A stretch of 64,000 nucleotides of DNA from Lama guanicoe (lineage: Eukaryota). A program made the translations under genes and the position numbers. The stretch lies in contig MU053652.1 of assembly GCA_013239625.1 (NCBI GenBank), positions 5,073,902 through 5,137,901 of the forward strand, written 5' to 3'. The notes beneath the pieces were generated by a model that was given only the letters and a program-made list of their open reading frames with translations, searched no databases and was not told the DNA's origin. Positions 51,264 through 64,000 of the stretch are shown here, one piece after another (within the stretch, counting starts at the first letter, position 1; every line of letters starts with the position of its first letter).

Positions 51264-53676
51264 ATTTATATCCAAAACAAAAGAAAAACATACTTATTCT
51301 ATCCATTTTTAAGGCCTTGGTTCGTACTTGTCAGACACAGCTACCCTAAAAGTCTCATTAACGTGGGGCTCAAGGTCTATATTCGCGTGAGGAAATTAAA
51401 GAAGACAGGTGACAAGAAAACCATCTGCCCTGCTTAGCGATGCAGGATGAGCTTCTGACAACTCTTCTCTGTGCCTCAATGTTCGCAATCCTTCTCAAGG
51501 GCTCTCAGGTGCAGGACAAATCCCACCTCTTCCATTAAGACTTATTGGAGATTCGAATCTGATCCCTGACATCAGGAGCTATGAGCTAAAAAAAAGGTCA
51601 GGCAGGCTTTTTGCCCTGTGTGGGCAAGGGAGGGAGCTCAGGCCTGGGAACAGATACTAGAGAAACTGGCAGAGTAACAGGACGGCATGCCACAGGCGTT
51701 ACACTGGGGAGCCAGAAATACAGGATCACGCTCTGATTCTTACAGGTTCTACTAAAAATAAAGGTTTTACAAAACAGCCTGAAGGCAAGAAGTTGTGAAA
51801 GGCCTTGGCATGTCGATGCAAGGGTGAGAAGTTCTTTGTCACACGTTGTATGGAGGGTTGAGGAGAAAGCACTGGAAACGGAAGCAGGATCCCTATATGA
51901 CACCAGGCTATTTTCTATACTATTGGTTTCCCTTTGCTTTTATCTTCATATGCGGAGTCAGATGCTTTTCTGCAGGCATCTGGGTCACACCAGAGTTTGT
52001 GAGATGACCACAAATGTCCATACAGAAAGCAAACCTGACAGTAATAGGAAAGACGGCACAGACCAGAAGGAGCAGGACTGCTTCAGCCGGAGTTATAGTA
52101 ATTGAGAAATAAGGAGCACACAGACTAAAAGTCACCGGTGATACTGTGAAAAGAAGGGTTGGAGGAGGTAACTGGCAGAATCAGGAGAACTTGGGATGGG
52201 GAGACCGCTGATATGAAAATTGGGATAATGGGTGGGTGGTGACATTATTTAAGACCCACACCAAAGGTGGCCAAGGCAGTTTGTGGGCAGGGAAGAAAAA
52301 TCACATGGAAGCTAAGAACTTCATTTTGGAAATAACAGATGACAGCTATCTACTGGAATCTGTATTTGGGTATCCAGTATTCAGCAGCTGAAAACAGATC
52401 TGCAGGCAGAGAAAGAAGTTAGGGGTGGAAATATTCATAAGTATGAGGCAGCTGGAACCATTAAGTACATAAGGTCACACAGCAGGTGTGACCTCTCCTG
52501 CCTCTGAAAGACAACTATGATCTGTACGATTCACATTAATATTAATCCAACACTGCCAAGAGACACGTTTCTGTTATCTCACAGTTACTCAAATCTGTTT
52601 TTATTCAACTTCACACACTGATGTAATCTTATCACAGTTAGACTGTAAGCAGTGACAGAGATGATATTTTATTCATATTTTACCTCCAAAAAGGTACCCA
52701 ACAACCATATGTGCCTTTTTCTAAAATATTAGTGCCATGAGAATAAGTGTTTGTAAGGTTCAATCCCCAACGTCCTGAACAAGGTAGGCATGAAGTGGTT
52801 GTTCAAAAAGTACTTGCTGAATAATAAAAATGAGGTGATCTCACCCATGGCCTTCTTAAACTATCGAGTGATTAGGCATGATGAAAGCTTTAGGGACTGA
52901 GTCCTCAAAGAAAATAAACCCACTAATCTTGGTCTTCAGAAGAGGACGACCCCACTCATCAGACCAGTCCAATCACTTTTTGAAGCCAGAAGAGGGGAGA
53001 AGGCTAAACTGCAGAAAAGTGATCTAGCCCAAAAAGGCCAGACTGAAGACAAAACCTGGGATTCCTACTGTTACAGAAGAAAACTCACACGCAGCACCCA
53101 CAGAACGCACTCCAAACCAGCAACACGTTAGACCTGGTGCTCCAGAACAGGCCTCGGCTAATTATTCCTCATGTCCTATTCATCAGCTTTAAGTGGGATG
53201 AGCATGGTTCATCAAAAGCTACTGCCGGGAATGATTTCTCCCAGGGTAGGTCATATTTCAAAACACTAATTATCGAAGTCAAAGCGATGGAGGCCCGGTG
53301 ACGGTGGCAGCCCTCCTAAGTGGATACCGGCACTCATCCTTCAAGGTAGGAAAACAGGACAGAAGTCTGAGGATGAGCCTACTGACAAAACTGGAAATGT
53401 GCTCCAGTATTAATTACTCTATACCAACTGGCAGCTGGTCTGGAGATGGGACGGCATTACAATCCAGGAGAAGTAATGACAGAAAGAATCAACACAAATA
53501 TAGCAAGATAAGACGGGCGGGGGAGTGGAGGAGCAAGAACATCAACATGGAACCCTGTCCCATGGATTGCTTCGGCAAAGGAGTGCGTGACCCATGTACA
53601 CAACTGAACAATGAGCGCTCCAGCCGGAAGTCAACCGGCCAGCTGCAGGAAGAGGCTAACCGACATTCCTACCCTT

Positions 53677-54091
53677 TTACTTTCCTAGGGCTGCTGTCAC
53701 CAAGTATCACAAACTGGCTTAAAACAGAAATTTACTCTCCTAGTTGAGGAAGCTTCCAGTTTGAAGTCAAGCTGTAGGCAAGGCCCATGCTCCCTCTGAA
53801 GGCTCTGGCAACAAATCCTTGCCTCTTCCCAGCTCCTGGTGTCTCCTTGGCATCCCATGGTTTGCTGCATCACTCCAACCTCCATCTCCACTGTCACATG
53901 CCCTTCTTTTTCTGTCTCTGTGTCCTACCCTCTTCTGATGAGGGCAAGGGTCTTTGGGCTTAGACTCCACCCTAGCCAACTATGGTCTCATTTTAACCAA
54001 TTACATCTGGGAAACCCTATTTCCAAATAAGGCCACACTCTGAGTTTCCAAAAGGACATGAATTCTGAAACAAAACTACTCAGCCCACTGC
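53677..54091 (-). mobile_element. MaLR LTR (MLT1B/MLT1C-like)
   Basis: ttcctagggctgctgtcaccaagtatcacaaactggcttaaaacagaaattta...gctccctctgaaggctct...ccctatttccaaataaggccacactctgag. Confidence 0.88.
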
Positions 54092-54830
54092 ACCCGGCAT
54101 CATGAAAACACCAGGAAAGACGGTCCAAGCCAGCAATCCTCAGGGGGCAGAACTGCAGTATTTTAGGAATACCTGACAATCTGCCAGAAAAAAGAGAACT
54201 CGTAAGTGAAAGCAAGAAGACGGTGCCAGGTATCAGTAAAAGGACTTGATTTAGCAAGAACAAAAAGCTTCATTCAGATTTTAAACACCTTAAAACAAGA
54301 AGCACATATCCTTTGCATTTACAACCATATGACCTCAATTATGAAACTGTAGCACCTCAGTCACCCAGCTGTGAAGAACTGAAGGAACTTCTACCTCAGA
54401 ACCAACATACAATTGTGCACACCACTTTCTTGTACACCCACAAAGTATTCATGCCCTCGAGAAAGAAACAGTCAAATAGCTGAAGCATCAGCCAAACTTT
54501 CTGGACAGAGCAAAAATGGAGGCCACAGAACGAAACCCTAAAAAGTCTGTGCCAAAAAATTGGACTCACTACTTCTGAATGATGTGCTATTTTGCAAATA
54601 CAGCAGAAACTTTTTTTATTAGGAAAGTTATCTGTACTATCCCCGTACAGACCCTTAAGATGAAAACTACTGGCGAAAAAAACATTGTGAGAAAAGGTGG
54701 CAAGAGTCGGGTTTCCTTCCCAACTGAGCACATCTGTACAATCTCACTTTACTCTCGTCTACAACATATTCTATACACTATTATCCAGCCAGAGCTCAAA
54801 ACAATCTATTCTCTGTAAACCAAGAGGTAT

Positions 54831-54969
54831 NNNNNNNNNNNNNNNNNNNNNNNNNNNNNNNNNNNNNNNNNNNNNNNNNNNNNNNNNNNNNNNNNNNNNN
54901 NNNNNNNNNNNNNNNNNNNNNNNNNNNNNNNNNNNNNNNNNNNNNNNNNNNNNNNNNNNNNNNNNNNNN
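54831..54969. other. Assembly gap (139 N)
   Basis: Run of n. Confidence 1.
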
Positions 54970-57900
54970 AAATAAAATCCCAGTGTGCAGAGAACAAGCA
55001 TGGAAAGTTCCAGCCCCAAGGACGACATTTCAGAAATCAAGCTGAAAAGATCAGGAGTGGGTGGCTTAAGACAAGCTGACCAAAAAAAATCAGTTATAAA
55101 TGTAAGAACTTTCACCAGAAACCTACGAGCAACTTAGAAGTCCAGGGAAGGGAGTCTTTAAACACAGCACTGCTACGAGTATTACCCAGAGATAGGAGAT
55201 GGTGAGGATTCCGACAGCTAAATCATTTCCCACAGGTGAGCATATAAAACAAATTTCCAGGAAGGCAGTTTAAAGTTCTAGCTTCTTTATTTAACCTCGA
55301 GGTTCCTTCTGAAGAAGACATCACAACATACATCATACAAACACCACACCTTCACCAAAACCTCAACACCCTGATGGTCCCAAAAGCGCAGAGGTACTTT
55401 TCACAATATACAGATTTTAAAAACCAAGAATCCATCAAAAAGAGGACTTACATGGCAGCAGGTGAAGCCCTATCTTGCTGAGAAAAATTCAGTTTCCAAA
55501 AACATGCAACTCTATAGTCATTTCTGTTAATTACCTTCATCAGACACGGGAGATGGTGAGTCAAGGATCATTCCCAAAATTCAAGGGGGCAAAGCCATCT
55601 AAAATGACCCTTGGTTTCCAGGGCAACTGACACATCTCCATCCTGTCTCGGTGGGAAAAGTCTTACTAGGAAAAGGCACAGTCAGAAAATACCAGTCATT
55701 CAAAACACCTCTTGATTTGGTAAGAATCTTCAGCCATTTATTCAAAAAATTTACAGCCACATTGATGGTAACAGCTGGCACTGAGAAGGCAAGGACGAGC
55801 AACCTCATATAAACCTGTCAATTTAAATCACAGTGCACTCACAACCTTAGGGCCTGTTTTGATCATTAATGTAAAGGACTTTTCCATAGCGTGTGTGACT
55901 CACATTAATATGAAATGAAAAATGTGGAGAAGACAAAGGAAATGTTTACAAAAACCAAACTAAAATACATCTGAGGTTAATTAAGAACAAGAATCCCCAG
56001 ACTGCCAGCTCTGTACTTAACACCCCGGATTAAATCACGTACTGCCAAAGACAGAACTTACAAGTATTTTTAAGGGAAAAGTACAGCCCTGTGATACAGC
56101 CAGTGAGAAAAGTAAAGGAATCCTCAACGATCCATACCCCTGAAGAGCTCTCGCTGGCTGAGAGGAACACTGCTTGGGCTGAGGAATGCCACACTGGTAC
56201 CTTCAGAGACCTGCCCTCGCACAGGGAACTGAGCATTGAGTGTGCTCCCCAACCTGGCGCTGGGCCAAGACAAATAGGCAACCTGTCCTTTCCCTCCTCC
56301 CAGAACTCACCACTGCCAAGAGATGGAAGAGAAAGGAAACTCAAGCTTCAACACTGGCTTGGCAGTGTGACCTATGACCTCACATTGTCTGTGTAACTGA
56401 AGAGGAACATGTAATCTGACACTGGTTTCTGATGAAACATCACTTTGCAGGGACATCTCAAAGACTAATGAGATAATGTCTAGAGGGCTGAAAGCATTCA
56501 GAGGGCTGATGGCTGGTGCTATCACCCTGAGGATATCTGTAGACTAGGACGATGCGGCTGGAGAGAATCAGCTTCTTATAGCAGGTAAGTGTTCCACACA
56601 AGAATGGGCGTGTTCCAAAAAAGGGCTCTGACCATGGCTATCTACACATGATTCAGTACACACAACAGGGAAGCAGGCCTTTCTCGATGCCCTTTAATTC
56701 AGAATTGCAATGAAAAGCACAGACATCTGGGTATAAGATCCCTAACTTCTATGAGATGCAGTTTCTTTGCTTAAAAAAAAAAAAAGGAATGATACATCTT
56801 GCAGGTTGGAGATGAAAGTTAAATTAAATAGAAGTGAAAACAAAATTTAACAACTCAATAAATGACAGCTCTAACTCTTCAAGCTAGAAAGAGCATGAAT
56901 ATGAAGTATCTTAAAGAAAAGTCTGTCTGGTTCATGCTACTTGTTGGAACAGCATGAAAATCATGCAAAAGAAGCCACCAAAGAATAAATGAGCCATATC
57001 TTCTACAGTCGATTTAGACATTCAGAATATTTTACCCCATAGAAACAAGGCTATTAACAGTGGTTGGATTGCCAACCTGGCTCATAAAAGCACATTAACC
57101 CAGAATAGAGATAATATTGTTTACGTATGATACCAACCATTCCAGACAATGACGTGACTCCCAGAACACTACAGACCAGATTTATCACGAGTTCCGTTTT
57201 GGACCTGCTAGATTTGTAAGTCTGCCAGACATGGAAATGATTCCCAACCACCCTAAAGAGTTCCATGCCCCCGAAAGTACATACTGCAGGTAAGATAGGT
57301 TTCCAAAAGAGAAGGACAATCTAAAGCAGTTTGAATTTGAAATAACTCCCTAATTTAAAGCCCAATAACTTCCCAAATGTCTGCATTTATCTAGCAAATT
57401 ACCCAATTTTTAGTGCAAAAAAAAAAATTCAGCCCAGTTTACAGGAAAAAATGTCAATGGCAAACAAAACCAAAACCAAAAACAAAAACATACAAAGTCA
57501 CATGTTGGTTTACAAATGAGCCTTATCCCCCAAATTTACTTATACAACAAAAACAGTGGCAAAAACATTTAGGGAATAGACGAATTTGGGGACAGAGGTT
57601 TCTGGAGACAGAAGAGCCTGGACTGAAGAAGAGCATATATCTAGTGCCAGGGCTAAAGCTTCCTCACTTCTTGGAATTTCATTTTTTGTACCATTTTTGA
57701 CCCTTCAATTGTCCCAACAAGGAACAACTTGGAATACAATGGTTCCCATGGTGATAGAAATTCTGTAATCAAGGGACAGAAGTTACAGTCATTCATAGGT
57801 CATTGGTAAATGCTGTATTAAACAGACTGAAAATATTTAGAACTTCTACTTTAGAGATTCTATGAAACAGTTGGGAAAAATTCCCAATGAAGATTCCATT

Positions 57901-58353
57901 TACCATCTTACCTCACTGAGACCAAAATGACTTAGGAACACAAACTCTTGCTTTCCTTGGGATGATCATCTCCAGACATTAAGAAAAAACAAAACAAACA
58001 AAACATAAACTGTTCCTACCATCAGAAGAGGACTGTAGCCCTGGTTCTCTCCTGAGGGCATAAATCTCACTATCTCATACACACCAAGGATGCCACCCCA
58101 GAAAACTAAAGGACATGCTGACGTTACCAAGAGTTCCATGTGCCCACTATACTAGGACCATGAAGAACCACAGAAAAAATCAGCAAGACAGTTCTCTCCT
58201 CCATGCATACTCCTTAGTCAAGATTTTAGAGAAAGCGCAGATGGCAGATGGTAAATGGGATGGGGAGGGCGTTCTACCAGAGACTATGGCAATTCAGACA
58301 GCTTCTGAAACACTTCCAGGATACACACGTATCCTACCCCTCCATCAAACCAG

Positions 58354-58358
<5 letters not shown>

Positions 58359-58385
<27 letters not shown>
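58359..58385 (+). repeat. (AC)13 microsatellite
   Basis: Perfect dinucleotide run. Confidence 0.95.
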
Positions 58386-61062
58386 AATGTATGGTCTAAC
58401 ACGAGTGGATACCCATTTTGTGGAAGTGGGAACCAGGTAACACCCAAATCTGTGCTAGGGGTTGATGGCAGTCAAATTAGTTGCACATTGATTCATGTCT
58501 CTCGACCTCAGAGCCGTTAAAAAAAATAAATAAATAACTAAAATAGTCAGGCTATGCTAGAGTCTGTATGAAAGCAGTATTATTAAACAAAACAAAACAA
58601 TATCATTTACTGGCATCTGGAAAAACATGAAAGACTAGTATCATCCAGGATTCTCATCCATTGGAGAGAAAAGGCAAATAATATTCCTGGTTCACAAATG
58701 ATAAAATCAAGGCTCAGAAAGGTGCCTGGTTACTTTAATCAAGGCATTTAGCCAGAATTAAATCTTGAGAGTGACTCAAAGTGCATTTCCATAGCTGAGG
58801 TAGAGGACACTGAACCTAACAAAGCACCTCATCAGTTTACCTGCAATCTTATTTCTCTACATTCTAGAAACCCCTCAAACCTGCCTTATTATAGACTCTC
58901 TGGGATGGTCAAATTATAGTCTGGGCAGAGATGATGATTTTACCTCCATTATCTTGCTAAGCTGTGACAGGCTGCCCTAATCAGCTTCCGAGCACACAGG
59001 CACACACAGACACACATGCTCCCTCTCGCTGCCTCCTGATCACCATGTGCCGAGCTGAACAGCTGCGGAGGTCCGAAGGGAATTGGCAGAAATGTGTGAT
59101 GATGTGCTAGCCACCCCCCTGAGGCAGCAACTGCCCTGCCTGCTCCCAGACTCGAGAGCGCATGGGTGTTTACTGTTGCAACGGATGGGCCCAGAAGACA
59201 GGCAAGTGGTTTCAGGTGGTGAGTCAGGAAAAGCAGTTTGCATCAGGAATGTTCCAGCCCAGCAGAGCCGAGCTGCATCCTACTCCCTAAGCAGGGGTAA
59301 GGTATCCATCATTTACACAATGTCACCGTTGGGGACGAAACTTGGGCTCCGCACAAACAGCACAAATAGAATCCAATCAACTCTGATGCAGAGGAACCAG
59401 TCAATGAGATTTCTGCTGCAAAGAAGAAACCTAATTGCTTAAGAATTGCCACCGTATCTGACACTGGAGGTCAGTCCCCTTATCCCTAAGATAGAGGACT
59501 TTACAAAGGCCTGACAGAGCCCTGGGCTAAACGTCTAGAACCATTCAGCACAGCTGCTGCACCGAGCTGTGATCTATGCTCCCAGGGATGAAACGGAATC
59601 GGAGCAGGACGATACTCAAACCAACCAGGTGGATGCCGTAACACATGCCACACAACTGGCTGCACATGCAGCAAATGTGCACTGCCGCTCGTTCCTTTCA
59701 ATGTAACTCTGGATGGATTTCAGTAGGAATGAACGCTTGTGGGGGAATTCCCTGCTTGTCTAGACGCCATTGTTTATGAGCCAGTAAATGAGCGATATGA
59801 TGTATCAACTTGGTGAAATAGAGATGTTAGACATTAGATCAGATAAAAGGAGATCCAGAAACTGAAAGAGGCTTAAAGCCATCATTCGCACTACACTTCA
59901 TGAATGAACACAGCACTCTGTCAAGTTTTACACAATGACAAATGAGGGAACCTGAAGGAACCTGAGGAGATTTAATATTCGTTTTAGGGGATCCAGTTTG
60001 GTTTCTTGACCTCAAAGTTAGCAATTTCATCTTCTGCCCAGCTTCAAAATGTCTTGCTATATTTTATCATTCTCGTGAATATGGTGTATGATAAAATGGG
60101 TCCTACTCATATTCACTGTACGCTACTTTGACAAGCCTCTCACATCACCAATCATTTAAAAACCTACATTAGTCAAGAATGTTAATATGGCTTCAATGTG
60201 CTGAGGCCAGATGTCGAGAAAATGGCCTTATCATTCTGAAGCCACAATAAAAACTGGCCCAAAACATCCCCTTCCTGGAAGAATCCCCAGTGAGCCAGAG
60301 TAAGGAAAAGGCAAATCACACTCCTTCCCTGAACAGATCTCCTTCAGTTACCAAAGGAGCCACTCTATTCATTCCTCTGTTTATCAAGGACACAAAGAAG
60401 TGCCTAGGCTATTCAGGGCAGGGAGGTCGGGAGAAATGAGGGGAAGATCAGAGGCTCATTATCAGCTTCCCAGAATGGCAAATTCTGCAGCGGGTCATAG
60501 AATGTTCTGCTCCAGCAACACAAGGAAATGCATTCCGAGGACCCTGGAGCCACTTGCTACACTACAAAGTCGGTGCACTACGTGAGTCCCGCAGGAACAA
60601 CCAGGAAACCACTCACTCTTCCCAACAAAGGCAGACTCCCTCCCATTCCAGGAGGGCTCCTCTTGTCCTGTCCCTCAGAAGCAGGGGAGGGAGGAAAAAA
60701 GCAGTAACCTTCCCTGACTAGCAAATCTCACAGCACCGATTTTTAATGGAGGTGTCTGGAGAGAACCAAAGAGCCAAGAAGCTCAGGGCAATATGCAATT
60801 ATTAAAACTGGAATGGAGCCTGGACTCGGGAAGGAACATGTCATGAGAGCTTTGGCAATCACACTGTGGTCAGGGCCCCAATTTTAGATTTCTCTCAAGG
60901 GGATACCACTTCCTGATACAGGGGCATGCCTCTCTTCTTAGCAAAGTAATACCGCTTGACTTAGTAGAGGAAAGTCATCTGCTGGTCTCTGGGATTCCAT
61001 CACAAGGGCCCAGTTTAAAACAATCCCCAACTATTTGCAAATATGTTTCTGTCATTACTTAC

Positions 61063-61152
61063 CTTTTTCCCAATAAGCTTCTTTCGCAGAAATTCACGGG
61101 CTTCAAACATATAGGGAATGTCGTAGAGAGGACGGAGTTTCTTGTTCTTATC
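61063..61152 (-). CDS. SND1: SND1 internal coding exon (probably exon 11), 90 nt, phase 0/0, [30 protein letters not shown]
   Basis: Translation matches the SND1 SN3-domain sequence as I recall it. Acceptor ...ttttattttgctttcAG (plus-strand ctg 61153-61155); donor AAG|GTAAGT. Contained in track ORF 61015..61209. Exon number is from memory of human SND1. Confidence 0.97.
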
Positions 61153-64000
61153 CTGAAAGCAAAATAAAACACCACCATCAGGAATGGGAAAAACAAAACA
61201 AAACCACACAAATGAACACAGTCAACAGCACAAGATACTGAAACATGCTATCTCCCAGTATGACAAATACTGAGTAAGTGGCTAGATATATAGTAAGCGA
61301 TTAGTAAATACTTGATTGAAATGCTTTACGGGGAAATGTTCACATGACATTTCACATGACAGGCTTTTTCACATGATGGGCTCAAAAGTAAGCAACGAAA
61401 TGTTTACACAATTGGAAACAAACTGAACACTCCTCAACAGAGAAAGAAGTACAGAAACTGCAGTATGTAAGAGGCTAAGTATTCGGGCTCTTGTACTATT
61501 TGTAGATATACTATCAATTTCATTGTTACTCTCAAGCATCTACCACTATTAGTCCCTGATGAATCATTATGTAAATACTATAATCCTTGACTCAGAATCC
61601 TTGTAACCTAACAACAACAATGGAAGAAATCCTGCAGATATGAAATAACACAAAGCAGTACTGAGTAAGTGCTAAAGTCTGTGATACAGACTAGGGGCCA
61701 AGTGCTATAAGAATTCAGGGAAGGGGAAAGATGGAAGTAATCAGGAAATGTTTCATTGAAAAGGTGGGACTCAAAGCAAGACAGGAAAACTAGGAAGAAA
61801 AGCAGGAATAAAGAGTATTTCCACACACAAATATCCAGAAATGAACACAGCCAATAGCACAAGATATGAAATTGATTATCTCCCATTACTACAAATATTG
61901 AGTAATAGAGATACAGTAAATGATGAATAAGTATTTATATTTAATTAAAATGCTTTACAGGGAATAAGATTATCTTTTTCATCATTACATGGGCCCCAAA
62001 CTTCCCCCAAAAGTGGCGCTCCAAGTAGTGTAACTGAAATGACAAGGGCTGAGATGAAGGCCACAAAGTGGGGATGGATGGGAATTTAAGAGAAAGGAGA
62101 ACCAGTTTAAGAAATGAATTAACAGGAACTGACAAAAGGAGTGAATGGGGGAATGAAAGATGAGGAATCCGATATTCCAAGTCATAGTGACAGGCCTAAG
62201 AAATCAAGAGGTTTGCTTTTGCTGGGGGGCGGGGTATGGAGGACTAGAACATGTATACAGGAAACCAAGAGATGCTGGCTAGAATGGTGGGGATGATTCC
62301 TTTAATGTGTCTTTCCTGTTTGCCCTGAAGTTCCATGAGAACAGTGATCCTGCCATTTCTGCTGTTCTTTGTGACCCGAGACTCAAGTATAGTACCTCTC
62401 TCATAGGGTATACTCAAAAAAATACTTGGATGTACCAATGACAAAAGAAATACGAAGAGTAATTTATACACACACACACAAGAACAAGTATGCTTGAAGA
62501 ACAGAACTGCATGCATATATTTGTGTGTCTCCAGGGCCCAGAGAATATCTGAAAGAAATTCAGGCCCAGACAATATCTCAAAGAAATTCAGAAAGAACAG
62601 AGAAAATTAAGGAATAACTCTTACCCGAGATGCACATGACTGCTTCTCCATCCTGCACAACTTAGCCCTCCTGGCCTCAACTTTGCTTTGATATCTGTTT
62701 CACATCTGACACAACAAGATCTATATATAATCCATTCTATACTTCTTTAAGTATTCAAATTCGGTTTTCTGAAACAGCCAACTACTCACAAATAAAGAAC
62801 ACTTATCATTTTGGTACCTCATATTTAAACTAATGCCAATGACAATACTGAAGTCAAGGGCATCAAAATTCATGTTTCCTCCTAGATCCAAAGCAAGCCT
62901 TGGTGTCCATTCAACATTTCAATTCGTTGATATCACCAAGAATGTACCATTCTTTAAGTTTGAGCTTCACATTCATCATCCAGCTGTCCTTTAATTCCTT
63001 TGATTAAAAAAAAAAAGGCAGCATCTGTCTAAGGAAATTAGGAAATGAAGAATTTAAGGCATCCTCAGAATCGAAGGTGAGTCTCTATCTCTTCACAGAG
63101 ATAATGTGTGAGAATCAACATACTCTGAACAGGAACAACTGGGATTTCTAAACTCTGATCAGAGTCATGGGGATGCCCTGATCACTGTCTAATAAGTAAG
63201 GTATGGACCTCAACATGAAAATCTTTAAAGAAATAACGTTAACACTGGAAAATGGGGCATGTGAGAGCTGCCTAGCCAGAGGGAGTGCTGGGTAACACGA
63301 GGTGTAGAATTTTGGATATTTTATAAGTGCCGAGGCAACCAAATGAAAATAGTGGGTCACTACTGAGGAGCCCAAAATAGAATTTATGATGACAAGCATT
63401 GATAGTGTAAGAATGCTTGCTAGACAGAAGATGCTAGATGCCAGTAATAAACAGGATATTTAATAAAGACAAAATCAATGGTTATCAGAATCAGCCATCA
63501 GGAATAAAGAAGTGTCAATGCATTCATATTCCCCTAGCAATACAGGGCAATCTACATAGAGTATATATATTGTGTAATGCTGTGATTACACAAGACTAAG
63601 TGAACAATAGTTTTTTAAAATAAACTAAAAAAAAATAATCAATATTTCCTTTACATAGCCTTATGATTTGTCATGGAACCTGACGTCTGAACCTTACCCT
63701 ACACAGTCTGAACACCACAGAGGTATAAGGCAATGCCATTTGACTGGAACTCCAAAACAACGAATGGTAAGAAACTGTTCCAGTAAGCATTCAAATGGAA
63801 ATTATGGGATGAGATACAGCTAAGTATGTGAACCTGGCAGTCTGAACATCAAAGACACTCATCAGGACAGGGCCAAGCCAAGATATTCTCAGAAGAATCA
63901 AAGTAAATAAACAGTATACCAAAAAACATCCCTATAAGAAACAGGGCAACTTCAGAGTCGGATTATATGGCTCTCATGAAGCTAGGAAAGAACTAATAAC
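61153..64000 (-). other. SND1: 3' end of the upstream SND1 intron
   Basis: Ends in a polypyrimidine tract plus CAG. Candidate branch sequence CCTGAT about 25 nt upstream of the AG. Confidence 0.88.
61210..61964 (+). repeat. Diverged direct duplication of about 126 bp (61210-61335 and 61839-61964)
   Basis: aaatgaacacag.caa.agcacaagata..gaaa....tatctccca.ta..acaaata.tgagtaa...aaatgctttac.gggaa is present in both copies, offset by 629 bp. Confidence 0.9.

Larger units (their letters stand above)
28543..61062 (-). other. SND1: SND1 intron between the two exons (32,520 nt including N-gaps, GT-AG, phase 0)
   Basis: Bounded by GTAAGT at 61062 and TTTCAG ending at 28543. The flanking exons are contiguous in the protein. 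Confidence 0.93.

Noticed and set aside
53298-53747. 149-aa plus-strand ORF
   Set aside because: No recognisable homology, GTG start, ends inside an MLT1 LTR.
54697-55115. ORFs spanning the second gap
   Set aside because: Their length comes from N translation.
61015-61209. Track ORF of 64 aa as a standalone gene
   Set aside because: Only 61063-61152 is coding. The rest is intronic read-through past the splice sites.
1-64000. Novel multi-gene system, CRISPR array or prokaryotic-type operon
   Set aside because: The sequence is mammalian intron. I saw no regularly spaced repeat-spacer array and no long ORFs.

Overview
Mammalian genomic DNA (CpG-depleted, rich in old L1/L2/MIR/LTR/DNA-transposon relics). 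Three tRNA-Ala-derived SINEs resembling Vic-1 point to a camelid (alpaca/llama/camel). The whole window lies inside SND1 (Tudor-SN/p100), transcribed on the minus strand. Only two coding exons are present: 61063-61152 (90 nt, [30 protein letters not shown]) and 28442-28542 (101 nt, [33 protein letters not shown]+AT). From memory of the human gene these are exons 11 and 12 (third SN domain). They are joined by a 32,520-nt GT-AG intron. Everything else is intron, with two assembly gaps. The remaining ORFs in the track look spurious. I found no convincing novel biological system. The items most worth checking are a decayed Tigger transposase fragment embedded in an old L1/HAL1, a triple TCACATGA (MITF/TFE-type) cluster and an old 126-bp duplication next to exon 11, candidate micro/poison exons in the long intron, and ultra-short TSD-flanked retro-insertions. 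Repeat family names are recognised by eye and their boundaries are approximate.
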